NCBI GenBank assembly: GCA_051362555.1
Contig: CM120645.1
Coordinates: forward strand, 22,196,001-22,260,000
Reading direction: 5' to 3'
Origin: Lingula anatina
Lineage: Eukaryota > Animalia > Brachiopoda
DNA: 64,000 nucleotides
Shown here: positions 24,713 to 39,591 of the stretch, piece by piece
How positions within the stretch are numbered: the stretch's first letter is position 1
Layout of the letters: the number at the start of each line of letters is the position of its first letter
Program-made: the position numbers and the translations under genes
The notes under the pieces: model-generated
Told to the model about the DNA's origin: nothing
The model's input: only the letters and a program-made list of their open reading frames with translations
Databases searched by the model: none

Positions 24713-27700
24713 TCATCCAAATACATATAAAGTTTTTGAATGTAGAGAAGCAAGATTTGACTTCTCTGTTACTGGCTCCTGCTTGTCCTTTGTGCAGTAA
24801 AATGTCAACTTTTTCCCTTGCAGGCCAAACAGAACCTGGACCTGTGGAAAGGAGGAAAAAACATCCAACATTAGCGAAGAACTTTGTAGAAACTGTCCGT
24901 CTACATATATCGTCTTTATTTTTAAAGCACAAAACCAAATTAAATTTAAATGCAAAATCAAGCTTTTAAAAAGCAAAACTTAGGGAAATTATTTTCATGA
25001 TGACTAACAAAGTCTTTATGTATAGTTTTTACTAGAAACTCTGCATTTGTTTTGTAAAAACTGTTTCTAAAGAAATAAGACAATCATAAAGGAAAACCCA
25101 ATTAAGTTTTTTAAAAAACTTAAGTAATCTTCAATGACCATACAACTTTTATAATTTTCACTACCACTGCTGCTTCCATTTCAAAATCTTTACAGCCTCT
25201 TTCTGAAAAAGTTTTCTTTTTGGTAGAATGCATTACCTGGTGCAGAAGGCCTGCAGTGTCCAGAGGGTATTCCTTTGGTGGGTTTTCCAGCAGCACAGTT
25301 CCTACTTTACAGGTCACCCCTCCTCTGGGCTCCACGCTGACCAGCTGGACATTGACATAACGACATGCTGGCCCAGACCCATTGCTGACCAGTGTGTTAT
25401 CAATTTGACCTGGGGACGAAAAACGATTTGTAAAAATCAAAATATATATAAATAATCAAAATGTTTCTGATGAGCAATTTCCTGAAAACATAAAAAGTAT
25501 TCATTCTTTAAAATTTCAAATACATTTTTTCATGTAATACAAATTTTTTTTCCCAAAAAGTTTTCACATTTTGCAATGTATGCTGTGCCTTTTTTCATCA
25601 TACAGGACCTGAACAATTAAGATGTCTAACTAAGATACAGAATGTGTATATTTCTGTGAAGCACTACTGACCTGGTTTCCCAGACAAGGAGGCACTCAAG
25701 GTCAAGGAGGTCAAGGTCCTCAGATCTGTACCACGTGCTACCTCTTTGCCACTACTTGCTTGGAATAATGAGACATGTTTTCCTTGAACACCATATATGA
25801 TCCCAACCTGAGGAAGGAAAACTGAATTATCTAAGCATTCTTAAATATTAAATAAATTTCATTCTAAAATGAGGAAAAACATCCATCAGTTGACCTCACT
25901 CCGGCAAAACGACTGATGAGTAATGTAGTAACTTCTACTTTCACTGGATTGAGTAATTATTATTGTGAGATGCCTTACTGCAATGCTGGCTCAGGGATGA
26001 AAACTCCTGCTCACTAAAACTTACATATGCTGTTCAAATAAACTTATTCTTCTAAATCGTATCTAAAGAAAAATTACACTGTGCCCCCTTGATAATAAAT
26101 ATTCTGATGCAACGGAAGATAACCCATACAGTATCCTGTACAGTATATTAACTTCTCTACTGTCTGAACTGTGTAAAATACCTCACCCTATCTTTGAGCT
26201 CCTCTGTTGTTAGCTGGTGGTGCCCCCTAGGGTTTTCCAGCAGAACTGTAGCTTGCTTGTTGCCATGATCACTGAGAACTATGTCCACATAGCTGCAGGC
26301 AGGACCATTGCTCGGTACACTTTCATCCCCTACAAGAGGATAGAATGATTTAGAAAATTTAAAAAAATATGCATTTGAAGGAAACCCATATTATGCTGTT
26401 CAATAATGATATTTTTAAACATTTAGATGACAATGTGTAGCATAAAACAAAAAATTTTAACAAACCACATGTCAAGAGTACCAGTCTTGACATGATATAT
26501 GCTTTCAATTATTCTCACATGAATATTATGACATACCATGAACCATAAAGCAAGTCTCAAATTATTTTGCATTTTTATAGTGTGTAAGAACATCGGAATC
26601 GGGCCTAAAACAGCATATAGCATAAATAATTTTCTAAGGGATCCTAATTATCCCATCAGTTCTATTCTACTTCTCACACACCTGCTGAGCTGCCTTTTAC
26701 AATGGAGATTTCAAGGGTTTCATTCTTCAGCGTGTCGTTCTTCACCTGCAACAGTGCAAAATGGTCACCATTTATGAAACAGTACATGTGCTATTAAAAT
26801 TGAAGGCAGTAAACATTGCCTTATAATTGTCACTTCATTATCAATTTAAAAACAAACAATACTTAGTATACTCAATAAAATTTTTTTTCAGAAATCAACA
26901 TGTTCTTTACCTGCGTTGTCTCCTGTATTATCAACTGAGCGCTCTCCATGACGGGGTAAGGCAACAGGGGTTTCTTCAGCGTGCCGACTAAAAATTCCGT
27001 AAAGTTCTTGATGATGTCTTCAAGTGCTGGGGTTGCATTGTAGTACACTGTGATGTCGTCTGCTGGCACCAGCTTGGCCTGGAAGAAGGATGGAGAAATT
27101 TAGAAAATGAAACCAACTGAGTAAGGCCTTTGTCAAGAAAAATTAATTTAAGGTTCTTATTTTATATAATCCTTCCATATTTTCAGGCATGTAAACAGGA
27201 CAAATGTGTGAAGTCAGCTTAACCTAAGATATATCACCTGGTGTGTCTGGTACTTTGTGTTATTTTTTATTTATTTTTTTCTAATTTCACAAGCTCTATT
27301 TTGTAATGTCTATAAGCGATCATTCTCATTCTTGCCTGTATTTGTGTTACTTTATTGTATTACATAAACCATTACATTAAAGAGAGTTAAAATACTCAAG
27401 ACTGTTTTTTTGTAGAGATTCCCATCCAACACCTGCTTGCAGAGTCACCCAACTCTATGTTAAAAGTGACCACTATTTCATACTTGCCTTTTTCCTCAGT
27501 TTCTGGATGCGGTTGCAGACCTCCCTGGCTATTCCCTCGTCCAGCATGGACTGGTCCGGACTGATGTCCAGCAAAACTAGGATCTGTAACCAAGGCAACA
27601 GGTCGATTCTTTATGTTTTAAACAGAAGCAAAGTTATCAAGCCTAACAGATTATTGTAAAATATTATGAAGTAATTGGGTCACATTTATCTTTCAATCCC

Positions 27701-30700
27701 ATAAATAAATGTAATTAAGGCGTGTTAATCTGTTTAACTGATTGCATTCAGCAAGAGTCCCTTCAAAGTTGGATCAATCTATGCAGACCGATAGTTTCAA
27801 TGGGAATGCGCCCCAAGACCTTGATTACACATTCACATCTTCATGTCAAAAAATGTGACCATATAAAAGATGGGCGGGATAAACTATGCCTTACATCATT
27901 ATCCGAGTGTGCCTCATAGTGACTTGGGGTGCCATCTTTCTCTGCATCAAATGTGTACATGATACGCAAATCTTCATGTGCCAGAGTATGTCCATCTACA
28001 ACTATCTCTCCTGTCTTCAAAAACTGCTGCAACTGGGCATCGGTCAGTTCTTTGATGCTCTTGGTGACTGATTTGAATGCTCCCTTCAGGCGAGCTCCCA
28101 GGGTCTTGTGGTCTGGTTCGGCCCTGAGATGAACACCATATTTTTCTTTGTCTGTCGTGGTTGTGACTTCTTTCACATTGAGCTCCTAAAAAGAAACGCA
28201 AATTAGAGAATTGGAGAGGTGTAAGCTCCTCTCCTAGGTATGAACCACCAACAAGTGGTACAATGGCTTTCATGATTTTAGTGCTTTTATACAGGTTGTC
28301 TCCAATTTTTGTAAACAATTAAACTTTGCACAGAAAATTAAATGACAAGGGATATGTTGTATCTTATCTTTATAATTATAATAACTTCCATCATATCACA
28401 TGTGCCCACGTGTTATAGAAAGTATAACAGATCTTCGGTCACAGTCTTCACCAAATATTTCTCAAAAATTCTATTTATCTCCAATACTTATACTTACCTC
28501 CAGAATATACTGCTTGAGTGATCTCACATCCTCTAACACGCGGTCATCTTTGTGAATGACCACTACCTCCTTCAGTGGGTACTAACATGGAACACAGATA
28601 TAAAACAGTACAGCTATAATTACATGACAATCATGCTGTATATTTCATATTCCATTCATATACATGTATTTACTTACTTGGTTCAATATTTATTCGTTCA
28701 TTATTTTGATCTGTTTATTTCTGTATATGTCCAATAACAGATAAAACACATGATAGCAAACACTGAATAGGTAAAACAATACCTAGACTACTAAAATAAT
28801 TTTCCAGATAAATCGAATTTCTGTTAAGTGGCATCATCATAACTGACTACTTTACAGGTAGTGTACCTTAAGAGGCAGTGTCTTTCTGTCTCTGATGATA
28901 CGGCCAAGCTCTATCACTGTCTGCATCCTCTGGACAGCCATCTCTACCTTAGTGTCTATCAGAGACTCTCTGGGGAAAAATATCAAGATTTTAAAAATTA
29001 TTTCACTGTGGTCAAGCTTATGGCATAAGAAAAGGGTGTCCACAACAAAACTGATTTGATAGCAACTGGTTCCCCCCCCCTTCCCCCCCCCACTTCCATA
29101 GGTTTGGACAGAAGAAAACATGAACATATAAAAAAATTATTTTTCCCAAAAATTAAAAACAATAAATTTGCATAATATACGAATGTCTATAGCATTTACA
29201 TAAGAATGTGTAAAATGTATTTATAAACATTTGACTTTTATCATCAATTCCATTGAAATATGACAAATCGAGATAAACTGAATTAATTCATCTCACCTGG
29301 CTACAGGTAACATAAGGTAATGGACACTGTCAGTATCCGTGCCCTGTACGGCCTCTGGGTCTATCAGCTTCTTCAGACTCTGGTACATGTGCTCTGTTAG
29401 GAACGGGATGAAGGGGGCCTGAGACAGCATAGAAAGTATCTATTTAAATATAATGCTCATCAAATAAAGCTTGGGAGAGCAAAGAAAATGACCAATTTCA
29501 TACAGAAAATGTCCATTAGGATATAGCACTAGGATATAACACTTAACTGTTACAGTAAAAAGTTTTCAATTGGATAAATAGTTCCCTGAGACAGCATAAA
29601 AATGCCAATTAGAAAATAACACTCAACAGTGGATTTTTTTTCTGTTGGATACATAGTGCTTGAGACAAAAAAGAAAGTAAACATTTTAATATTTAAGTTC
29701 AATTATGACAAATAATTCATCAAGATCAATTGGGTTTCAACGAGGACAAAAATATGCATAATAATATGCCTCTACACTAACATTCCAAAACAGCAAGGCT
29801 TCTTGTATCCTGATTGTATAGCTAGCCTCTGAGTATAACAAATATTCCTCCCCCCTTATCAAACGGACTTAATATGTTGACACTGTCACCACACTTACCA
29901 TGACCTTCACCATGGCATATAACACTCCAAACAACGTCTCTATGGCCTTGTGACAATCCTGAAGTCCTGTGTCTCCCTGGAAACAGAATATAACAGCCCA
30001 TACTAATACAGTGTAACATTTAAGTTTTGATCACCTTTTCTGGGGCCATTGTCAAAAAGCAACTTGAATCTTAAAATTGGTGTAGACTTATAAGACTTCT
30101 TAAAAGTGTATTATACACATCTTAGAATTTCCTGAAGTCAACTAAATATATATATATATATCCTGCAGAGAGCCACTCATCTTTCCCAATTTAAAACTTC
30201 AAAATGACAAAAAAATAAATAAAACTTCACATAAAAGTCTACATTCATTTTCCTTCTGAAAAGTACAGGAAGACATGACAGTTTTAATGACTCCCCAGTC
30301 ATTGGAACAAATCTAATGCTTCAAAAAAGGTTTAAAAATATCAAATCCAAGTGCAGGGACTGAATGAGCAATTACTTGAATGGAAACTTGACTTGTTGGG
30401 ATATAACCTATCAGTTTACATCATCCAACAGAGCAAGATGTAACAGAGTCTCACCTTCAGCCTCTTCCTGTTCATCCTGACATACCAGTTGGTCAGCTGT
30501 TCAACAAACTTCACCAGCTTTGGGACAACAGTATACAGATGATAGGCTGGAATATAGCATATATGGACCGTATTAATGTTCTTAGGAACCACTGTCATAA
30601 TGAACAGTGCTTTTTCAATAAATTCTTGACATACTATACTATGTTGGTCTAAGACCGTGAGTAAAAATCAATGTCAGACTATGTATGTTAAGCATTCAGT

Positions 30701-33700
30701 GATACTTAACTATGTAAACTCACCTGCCATTTCATCCCTCACATACTTTATTAATGACTGAGTGAAGGAGAGAATCCAGTGATCCATATAGTTTGTGGAC
30801 AGCTCTACCTTGTTCTCATTATACAGGAACTGAACACCTTCTTCCTACAACAGAAATATATAACATTTTTATATTATTTTCCAATTCTTCGTTATACCTG
30901 ATGTCAGGTTTTGAATAGGAGAGAGTATTCATATTGATTAAATCAGGCTTTCTTTAGAATTGTAAATTTGAGACAATGTTGAACAAATTATAAATTTCAA
31001 TTTGCCAAAGAAAAGTATGTTGTACTTTTCCTTGATTAGGACTCAGGGTGGTTTATGGGAAGACATATTTCATGATTGTGTATTTCAAATTTTTCCACTA
31101 TTTTCTGAACAATTATCTATAGTATTAGTTTTAGAAGTAGCACATTTTCTATACTAGCTACTAAAAGTAACAGTCTGAAAGTGTTATTTAGACCTTATCT
31201 CAAAGTTTACAAATCTTATCCATAAATTCCTTTTTAAAACTTTTTTAAAGAGAGATAGAGGTCTCCATCAGGGCTGTTAAATAAATTGAACGTTTCTGTC
31301 AATTCAAGAAAAAAATCAGTGTGATCTTTTTACTCACCCTCTCCAATCTCTCAGCATTCTGCATTAAGAACCTGTAGGCATTAAACCATGGGAGGAAGAC
31401 ATCTTTCAAAATGTCGCGGACGCCCTCCTCCTTGAAGCGCAAGCTTTCTGCCCTCACCACTGGAGAGTTGATCAGATACAACCTGGCAAAAGATGACAAC
31501 ACAACTTGAATACTAATTACAAATTTTCTTATTGTGGAGCATTTAAAGAAACATCAGATGTTCTGTGCATCACAAAATATTACAAATTTTTGGCTTACTG
31601 TTTAGGCCTAATAGAAATAAATAATAAGATGAATTGATGGTACAAGACAGCCAAAAAGATAGACGGGCACACCTTAAAGGCAAGACATCCTTGACTAACC
31701 ACTTGATCAAAAAATATCATACATATCATAGACTAAGGCATATTATTAAGTAGAAATTTAAATTAAAAGATCAAAGACACCACACTATCAGCCATAGTAG
31801 GAAGATATAAAAATCCCACCTCAATGCATCTGCTCCATATTTGTTGACAACCAGCATGGGATCTGGGTAATTCTTCTTACTCTTGCTCATCTTTTGACCA
31901 TCTCTGCAAATATTTGGATAAAACATAATAAACAGATCTGCTGGAGGCCCCGTGTACCCACTAAATAATAATATATTAAGTGAGTACTGTTTACTTAGTT
32001 GAGAGAGAGAGAGAGAAAGAGAGAAAAGAAAGAGAGAGAGTCCACTTACGCAGCCAAGACAAGCCCATTGGCAATCAGGTTCTTGAAAGGTGGCTTTCCA
32101 AACAGAGATGTGCTCAGAACTAGGAGAGTGTAAAACCTGGAAGGCGATATAAATGTATATGTATTATACCATTTCTCTCAAATGTAACATACTGTAGTAT
32201 GCTTATCTGATATTCTATGCCAATTTATAATAAAATTCTTTACCCCCAAACATACCCTTTTTTTATGAAGGGATTGACAGGAAATGTTCTGCCTCCTCCA
32301 TATTATATAAAAAAAATTTACATAGCCATCAACACATAGGTTGCACCTTGTACCTTTTTATAAAACATCCTCACCATTACAGATCTAATACTGCATACCA
32401 GGGAAGCAAACTTTAAAAATGGCATAATATAATGTTATATCTCTATAGACCTCTCACAATGGTACAAATCCTGCCTTTCCACTGATTAGGATGGGTGGGG
32501 TGGGGGTGAAGGGCGGGGGAGATCTGCCAATTTTGTTTTATCCCCCCCTCCCGCTGCCCCCTCAGTGGTGTGGCCACTCACCATCCTCTGGTCTGATCTA
32601 TCCCCTCCGCAATAAAATCTGCTGGAAAACAGTCCTCAAACTCCTTTTTCTTCTCAAATGGATAATGCTGCTGTGCATAGGGCATGCTTCCACTCTCAAA
32701 CCAACAGTCAAACACCTCTGTAACTCGGCGGAGTACACCCTTGCCACGGCGAGATGGGATGGTCAGGGGGTCCACACTGAAGGCAATATTAAATATGATA
32801 AAAGCCTGCAGCCACACCATATGCCAAAGTGATTGAGGCTACGGGAGATGAATGAAGCCTCTAGAAACAGGCCCTCATATATTTCGACATGAGCACCAGT
32901 TTATGTACTTTGAAATTGTAATTATATATTTTTTTAAATATTTGTTGCTTTTTTTTCTTATTATTCTTTACATAATAATTTATCATTTTTACAATGCTTG
33001 ATTCAGTTCTATCCCATGACACTAACTGCTGTTTTATGAAAGAATGTGTCTTAAGAAAATACTGATTTAGAAAATTAGAGCTAAAAGATGGGAAAACTTC
33101 CTACCCAGATTTCGGTCAGCAGCTTGACTGATTCTGAGCATAAACCGAAATATCATTAATCAGTTATTTGTATTCCATTAAAGTTAAAGTTGTTCTACTT
33201 ACTGTTCCCTGTGTAAATCTTTTAACTCCACCCCAGTCAGTTTGGTCAGCTCTTCTATAGAACCAACACACACAACCTAAAAGAAAACAATATCTGATAA
33301 CCTAATGGAAAGCCAATAATTTTAGAACACTGGAATGCAAATACATATTTTAAAACAAGCACTTTTTTTAAATTCAAAAACACCACGTCCTTTTTTACGT
33401 AAAACTTTCCAATTTACCTTTGTAAACAAATAAACAAAATGCATCCATAAAGCTTGATAGATTGAATGAAAAAACATTATACAAATTTTGAAGTGAAGAA
33501 ACATGAATGACTATATTAAAGGCACCAAAACAGAGAAGACAGTTTGACAGAGGCATCCTCACCTCCTCCCCATCGTCACTGATCCACAACGGGATTGGGG
33601 TGCCCCAGTAACGGTTCCTGGAGATGGCCCAATCACGTGCATCTCGTAACCAATTGGCAAATCTCTTCTCTTTGACGAACTCTGGAACCCTGGGGAGCAA

Positions 33701-36700
33701 GAAAACATACATATAGTGTGTACTTTGAACTGCTCACAGAGTAAATAGGAACAGGTCTTTTTTTTTTCAAATGCACAACTCTTTTTAAACAGTTGGTTGC
33801 ACAAAGGGCTTCTCAATTAGTGTATTATGATGTAAGAATTATAATTTAGGATATTACTAAAACTCACACCATTTAGTATCCCTAATGTCTTAAGAAAAAC
33901 AACTTACAATTCTAACCAAAAAAAATTCAAAGGTAAGATATTTAGAAAATAATTCAATTATAAATTCTACAAACCATTATGTAAGGGCAGGTAGAGCTAT
34001 GACTCGTGGGTGGGAGAAAATTGCTTTTAACTTAATAAAACATTTGACCTGCTGTCAAAACCCTGGACAAGATACTTATATAATGTGCTTAAACTCACCA
34101 GTAAGTGTCTTCATTACATTTAAGCAGTTTCTCTGATATGCTCTGAACTCTCACAAACCAACTAGGCACTGCTTTGTACACCAGTGGGGTCTCTGACCTG
34201 AAACCAGACAAGATTTGTTTACTGCTGAAGATAATTCAACAATATCACTTAAATTTAAATATGAATCTAAACCTTTATGCTCATTTTATATTTACAGTGG
34301 CTTTTTTCAAAGAATTTTTCTCATCCATCTTTGTTTTCTTCTGAAAAAATGATGATTTAGCCACTCAAGGTGTGGTACTTGTAAGTTTATTTTGGAAAGT
34401 TACTGTAAAAGTACCATGTTTATGAAAGCAAATACTTTTGCCAGTCAGTGGCCTGATTACCAAATTATCTGAAATCCATTTGACCTACCTCCAGCAAAAT
34501 GGATAACTATGCTTTATTTGTCCCTGATGGACAAGGCGGCCATGTTCTTTCAGCCAACGGATTATATTTTTGTCTGCATCCTGAAGATTTCAAAATAATG
34601 ATTTTCAATTTTCATTATATATATATAAATACATATAATGCAAAAAGGAATAAACTAAGGTTTACTTAAGCACTCTGGAAATCTTCACCAGATCCAATTA
34701 ATGTAACATTATTGAGTTGTTACCTTTTGTGAACAAACTGTAAACATAAAACAATGTTCCCCTCTTAGAAAAGCGCAGAGGACACGACCACTTACATAAA
34801 TTTCACAGCCAAGTCCTTCACAAAGCAGAAAAAAATTCTGAAGAAAGTTGCACTGTTGTTCAAACAAAGAATACACTGCAAACGAATAGTTTGAAACAAA
34901 AAGATGAAAAAGACCTCACCTTTACATACTGGCCATTGAAGTCTGTTACAGGGAGAGTAAACCTGCCACTGGCATCTACTGCACATATGAGATCATCATC
35001 TCGCGATATCACCCCAGCTGCCAGGCATACTCGGTAATCATCCTAACAAATCAAAACGGAACATGTATATATAAACCTATCTCTTAACAAATTGTGACAT
35101 ATTTTTATTTTTCAAGTTCTTGTTTCTATACTGAAGTAAAAAGTTGGAATCATCACGTAACAGTTAAATATGAGAAGAAAACATTGAAACAAACCGAAAG
35201 CTTTTCTGAGAACTTCTAAAAAATTCCAAAGGCCATTTTGGACCACTTAATCCATTCTGGAAAATCTACTGCTCCAAACAAAATTTTACTAGCCGTGGGT
35301 GAAGGACCAGTTGTTAACATCGCACACTGTGCACAACACAACACAACTGTATATTATCTCAGCCCCTCCCACCTCCCCCTCACCTCTCCAAAGTAAGGTG
35401 CCTGGTGGACCACCCCTGTCCCACTCTCTGTGGTTACGTAGCCATCACACAGGACCTGGAAGGCTCCTCTTGCTTTTCTCTGAAAGAAGATTGATAATGT
35501 GATGTCTAGTAAGCAGTTGATTCTAAATACAGCTTTGTGAAACACTGTATGAAACTTTTCTACAAACAAATGTTTCTCAAAAACTAGATGTCATTAAAAT
35601 TTTTAATATTTATTAGTAAATGCCCATTTCAAAGTTCAAAAAATGTGATTGTTCTTTCTTCTTTTTTTTTTTTTTGTCTTCATAAAATACAAAAACTGTA
35701 AGACAGATTGAAGAAGTTTGGCTGCTCTAACAAAAAGCCTAGAATCAAAAGTCCCGCTTTTCACTTATTGATCTATGCAGACTGCTGCAGTATATTAAAA
35801 TTACCTCCTTATAATAGGGGAACAGCGGTTCATATTTCTTCCCCTTAAGAGTGATGCCTTTAAATCTAAAAGAAACAATTTGATATGTATTTAATTTAAC
35901 AATATTTAGTTTCAAACATCTCCAAAGGTCTAGTTCTATTCTTCTATTTTATACCCCCCCCTCACAGTTGGCAAACCAAGATGCATACAGCAGTAACCAG
36001 TGTCCTGTTTAAATCTGTATTTCTTCCTGGAATAACAGGTTGAAAGACTGTATCAGATTGTAAAATATTTTTACACTGCAGCTGAAGTAAATGCATTGTA
36101 TTTGGCAACTATATTGGTCAAACTTCATTTCATTGTATAGTTAATTTTCAGTTAGTTAGGTTTCCAGTTCCTTTTTTTTCTTCAGTTATCAGATTAACAT
36201 GTTCATCAAAACATCAATACTTAATATACACAAGCTTTTTTAATTTATGCATAGACTTAAATTGTATGTCAGAATATATGACAGCTATGACTGTGACTAT
36301 GTTAAGAATTATTTAAATAAAGGTCAAGACATACTTGTCCAGAATGGTGTACTCTTGAGGTGTCTTGAAGAGAGCATCCAGTCTGGCCTCCATCATGATA
36401 TAGACCTTGTCAGTCTCATTGTCTGCAAAGATGACAAAATTGGATTAAAAGGTTAATAAAATATCAGAGAGGACACTGTTCAACAGTGCCCTACTTTTCT
36501 CAAAGAAAATACAAGGTTTGTTAAGTTAGACACATTTTTCTCTTATCAATACCATTTTACTAAAAATTGTTCATTGATAATACTTAATCCCATCATTTCG
36601 GTAGGAATCTGCCCTCCTCTGCCCCCCCCCCCCCAACCCCTCTATTTTCTGTCCACACTTACCTTTGACCTTGACATAGTCCAATTCAGGGTTAACACAC

Positions 36701-38944
36701 AGGGAGAGGTTACTGGGCAGTGTCCAGGGGGTGGTGGTCCAACCTATCATACTGACGCTGGGGTCTTCATCCAGGGGGAACGAGATGATTACTGGAATAT
36801 TAATAAATATTTATCTATATCACTGGAATATATTGAATAATACATTACATCAATGAAGAGTAAATGTCTAACATCAATGTGTGAAGGGCATACCATCCAA
36901 ACAATAATTTCAGTATTTCTAGTTTAAAAAGTAATATTTTTATAACATAAACATTTGTACAGTCTTCAGTATTACGGGGAAGAAACTGTCATTTATTAAA
37001 AAAGTCTGAAAATATGGAGTGAGGTCCAGGCAGGCCACCTGCATCAACCTAAAAATATATATATTGCTCCCAAAAAGTCAGAAATCCACCGAAAGTCTCA
37101 AAAATCTCATCAATGGTTTTATCACTTCACATTAGAATGCTGTTGTCATGTTACCTTTGACTTCTGACCTTGAACAACCTTTGGCCTCTATGACCTTTCA
37201 CCTTGAACAACCTTTGACCTGTACCTACCAGCAGGATCAGTGACGTCCTTATAGTTCTGCCCAGCCTCAAAGTTGGACAGCGGTGTGTTACAGGAGGTGG
37301 AGAAAGGCATGACCTTGACCCCTCTGTAAACCATCCCGTTCTCGAAGAGCTGCTTGAACACCCACCATATGGACTCCATGAACCAGGGGTACATCGTCTT
37401 GTAGTCGTTACGGAAGTCAATCCATCGTCCTAGTCTGGTGACATTTTCCTGATAAAAAAATTGTCAAGTAAGATGCAGATATTCTCATTTGGAAATGTTG
37501 ATTACTGAAGCTGCAGCACTCAAATAGCATCATTTTACTCAAATATTTTCGTAAATTTTTCAAGTTTTCTGTTTCCAGTATGCATATAACCAATAAACAG
37601 GTAAAATATGTTGACATCAAACAAATGTGCACTACAGAATGGAGAAAAGTAAAAGGTCTGATTGTAGATATTACATCTCATATGAATCTAATGGAAAATA
37701 CACAACAAGGTCTATGAAACAATATATTATAAAATGGTAATTATGAAAGCAAACCTCTCAGTCTCACCTCCCATTCTTTGGAATACCTCATCACAATTTT
37801 CCTGCACTCAGCATTGTATGCAGCAATCCCCATCTTTGCCACATCTTCAGGGCCCTTGATGCCCAGCGTCTTGTCTATCTCATACTCCTGCAAGTACAGT
37901 ACAGCAAATACTGTGATAAACAAGGTTAGAGATCCAGGTGGTATACATGCAGAAATATGTGAGCCATAGCAAATAGTGGTAGGGAAACCCAATGGATTGA
38001 TATTTAGCAAAAAAGACATCTCAGTCCTGAACATGCTATTGCATTGAGAGATTTTGAAATAAGACCTTGTCTTGAAATTACCATGGTTTTTGAAAGGGCT
38101 TAGTATTATGTAAGTGACCTAAACAGAGCCCTCATGCTCAACATATTGACAATTTATAGACTAAACAGTGACATGCAAATTTCGACTTGAGAAGAAATTC
38201 AAAAAGCTGCTAAACCTCCATGACTGTAGAGTAATTTCATTTAAGGTCTGCCAAATGATTTGAAAAGTTTTTTCTAAACCATCTGATCATGTCCCCATGG
38301 TAACCAATAAGGTACTCGTACTGGTAGCCTATGACAATCCCAGCCAAATCTCCTGTTGACATGGTAACCAGACTGTTACTTACCACTGGTAACCCATGGC
38401 AATCCCAACCGAATCTCCTGTCAACATGGTAACCTGACTGGTGAGCCCACCTCGTAACTATGTCCTTTATGGTTCCTGCTAAGATATGACCATAATGTGG
38501 CAAGCCTGTGGCAAAGGGAGGCCCATCATAAAACATGTACCTGTAAAAAAGGGCATCACAGTATTAAACCGGGAAAAAAACTTGACCATGTAGCTGAAAA
38601 TCAGATGGGAAGAGTTTATCTCAATCAATATTTTTAAAATTTCCAAAATTTTGTAAATCTACTCATGCACCACTCTACAGTATATAGCCTCCAGATTTTA
38701 CATAAGGTGTACAGTACAATTAAATTGGCATATATGTTAGATGGGCACCTGCTCAACTGCAATCAGAACTGACAATGATAACAAGATTGACTGAATTGCC
38801 AGTCGTGTATGGATCACGTACTTACCGTGGCCTGTTTTTAGACTGCTTCAATGTTGTCTGAAATGCATCCAACTTCTTCCACAGTTCAAGAACGACCTCT
38901 TCCTCCTTGGGGAAGTTCATGTTGTCTGGCACTGCACTGCTCAT
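24713..38944 (-). CDS. IARS1: Isoleucine--tRNA ligase, cytoplasmic (multi-exon)
   Basis: Exons include 38826-38944 ([16 protein letters not shown]), 38384-38540 ([24 protein letters not shown]), 36663-36791 ([11 protein letters not shown]), 35384-35479 ([12 protein letters not shown]), 33563-33689 ([16 protein letters not shown]), 32582-32776 ([19 protein letters not shown]), 31820-31903 (KMSKS). Two C-terminal repeats (TVLLENP) precede the stop at 24713. Confidence 0.96.
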
Positions 38945-39340
38945 GATGCTGACAGTCCTAAATTTCGTCAAACTCATGAAACAGATTGTATGAATCAACG
39001 ACTTTGCTGGGACATCTGTCATGTTAATTTTATTTTAACCTAGCTTAATTGTTTATTTCCAAGAACAGTTCATTGTATGAAAGTGTTTTTGATCTGTTTA
39101 AATTACAAATATTAATATCATATATATATATAAATTACAATTTACAAGGATCGCAACAATTTAATGTGGTAAATAATTGTATTTCTACTTGGATCTGCCA
39201 GCAGAGTTTCACTGACAAGACCAAGTGTACATGTACAATGAAATGTTTAAAATCACCAAAAAGAATCGGCAAAACATTTATGAAACTTTAAATTTCATTC
39301 ACCCACAGTCACTCATCAGTCATACACACACCTCTCTTAC

Positions 39341-39530
39341 CAGTTACAAATCTCGATAACGTATGATCCTATCTATGAGAAAGCCAAAATTTATTTCAAC
39401 ACATTTCAAGCACAACCCTCGTCTCATGCAACATGGACCGGAAATGAAGAAACGCGCACCTGTTTTGCGCAAGTCATCGTATTTCCGCTTCCGCGCCATG
39501 TTGGAGTTTACTTCTAGTGTTGTGAGGTAG
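39341..39530. promoter_or_regulatory. Putative compact bidirectional promoter and non-coding first exons for IARS1 (-) and TMEM167B (+)
   Basis: Locally CpG-rich, with ETS-like ACCGGAAATG and TTCCGCTTCCG, palindrome TTGCGCAA (39465-39472) and YY1-like CGCCATGTT. Minus-strand donor at 39339-39340; plus-strand acceptor at 39582-39583. Confidence 0.55.
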
Positions 39531-39591
39531 ATCTTAAAATCATGCAAGATATCTGATCCTGTTTTTATTATATATATCTGCAGGCGTGAAG

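Noticed and set aside
24442-24969. 175-aa plus-strand ORF overlapping the IARS1 3' end
   Set aside because: Antisense to the last IARS1 exon and UTR, with no recognisable domain.
25460-25495. CTGATGA...GAAA hammerhead-like core
   Set aside because: Stem II cannot pair and no stem I/III partners were found.
27711-27830. Intronic segment in IARS1 with terminal stem and 3' ACA, a possible H/ACA snoRNA (human IARS1 hosts SNORA84)
   Set aside because: No convincing two-hairpin fold or H box by eye; more like a decayed MITE. An Infernal/Rfam scan would decide.
37151-37226. Short GGTCAAAGGT-type tandem repeat next to an IARS1 donor, resembling nuclear-receptor direct repeats
   Set aside because: Two to three degenerate copies of a simple intronic repeat; no evidence of function.
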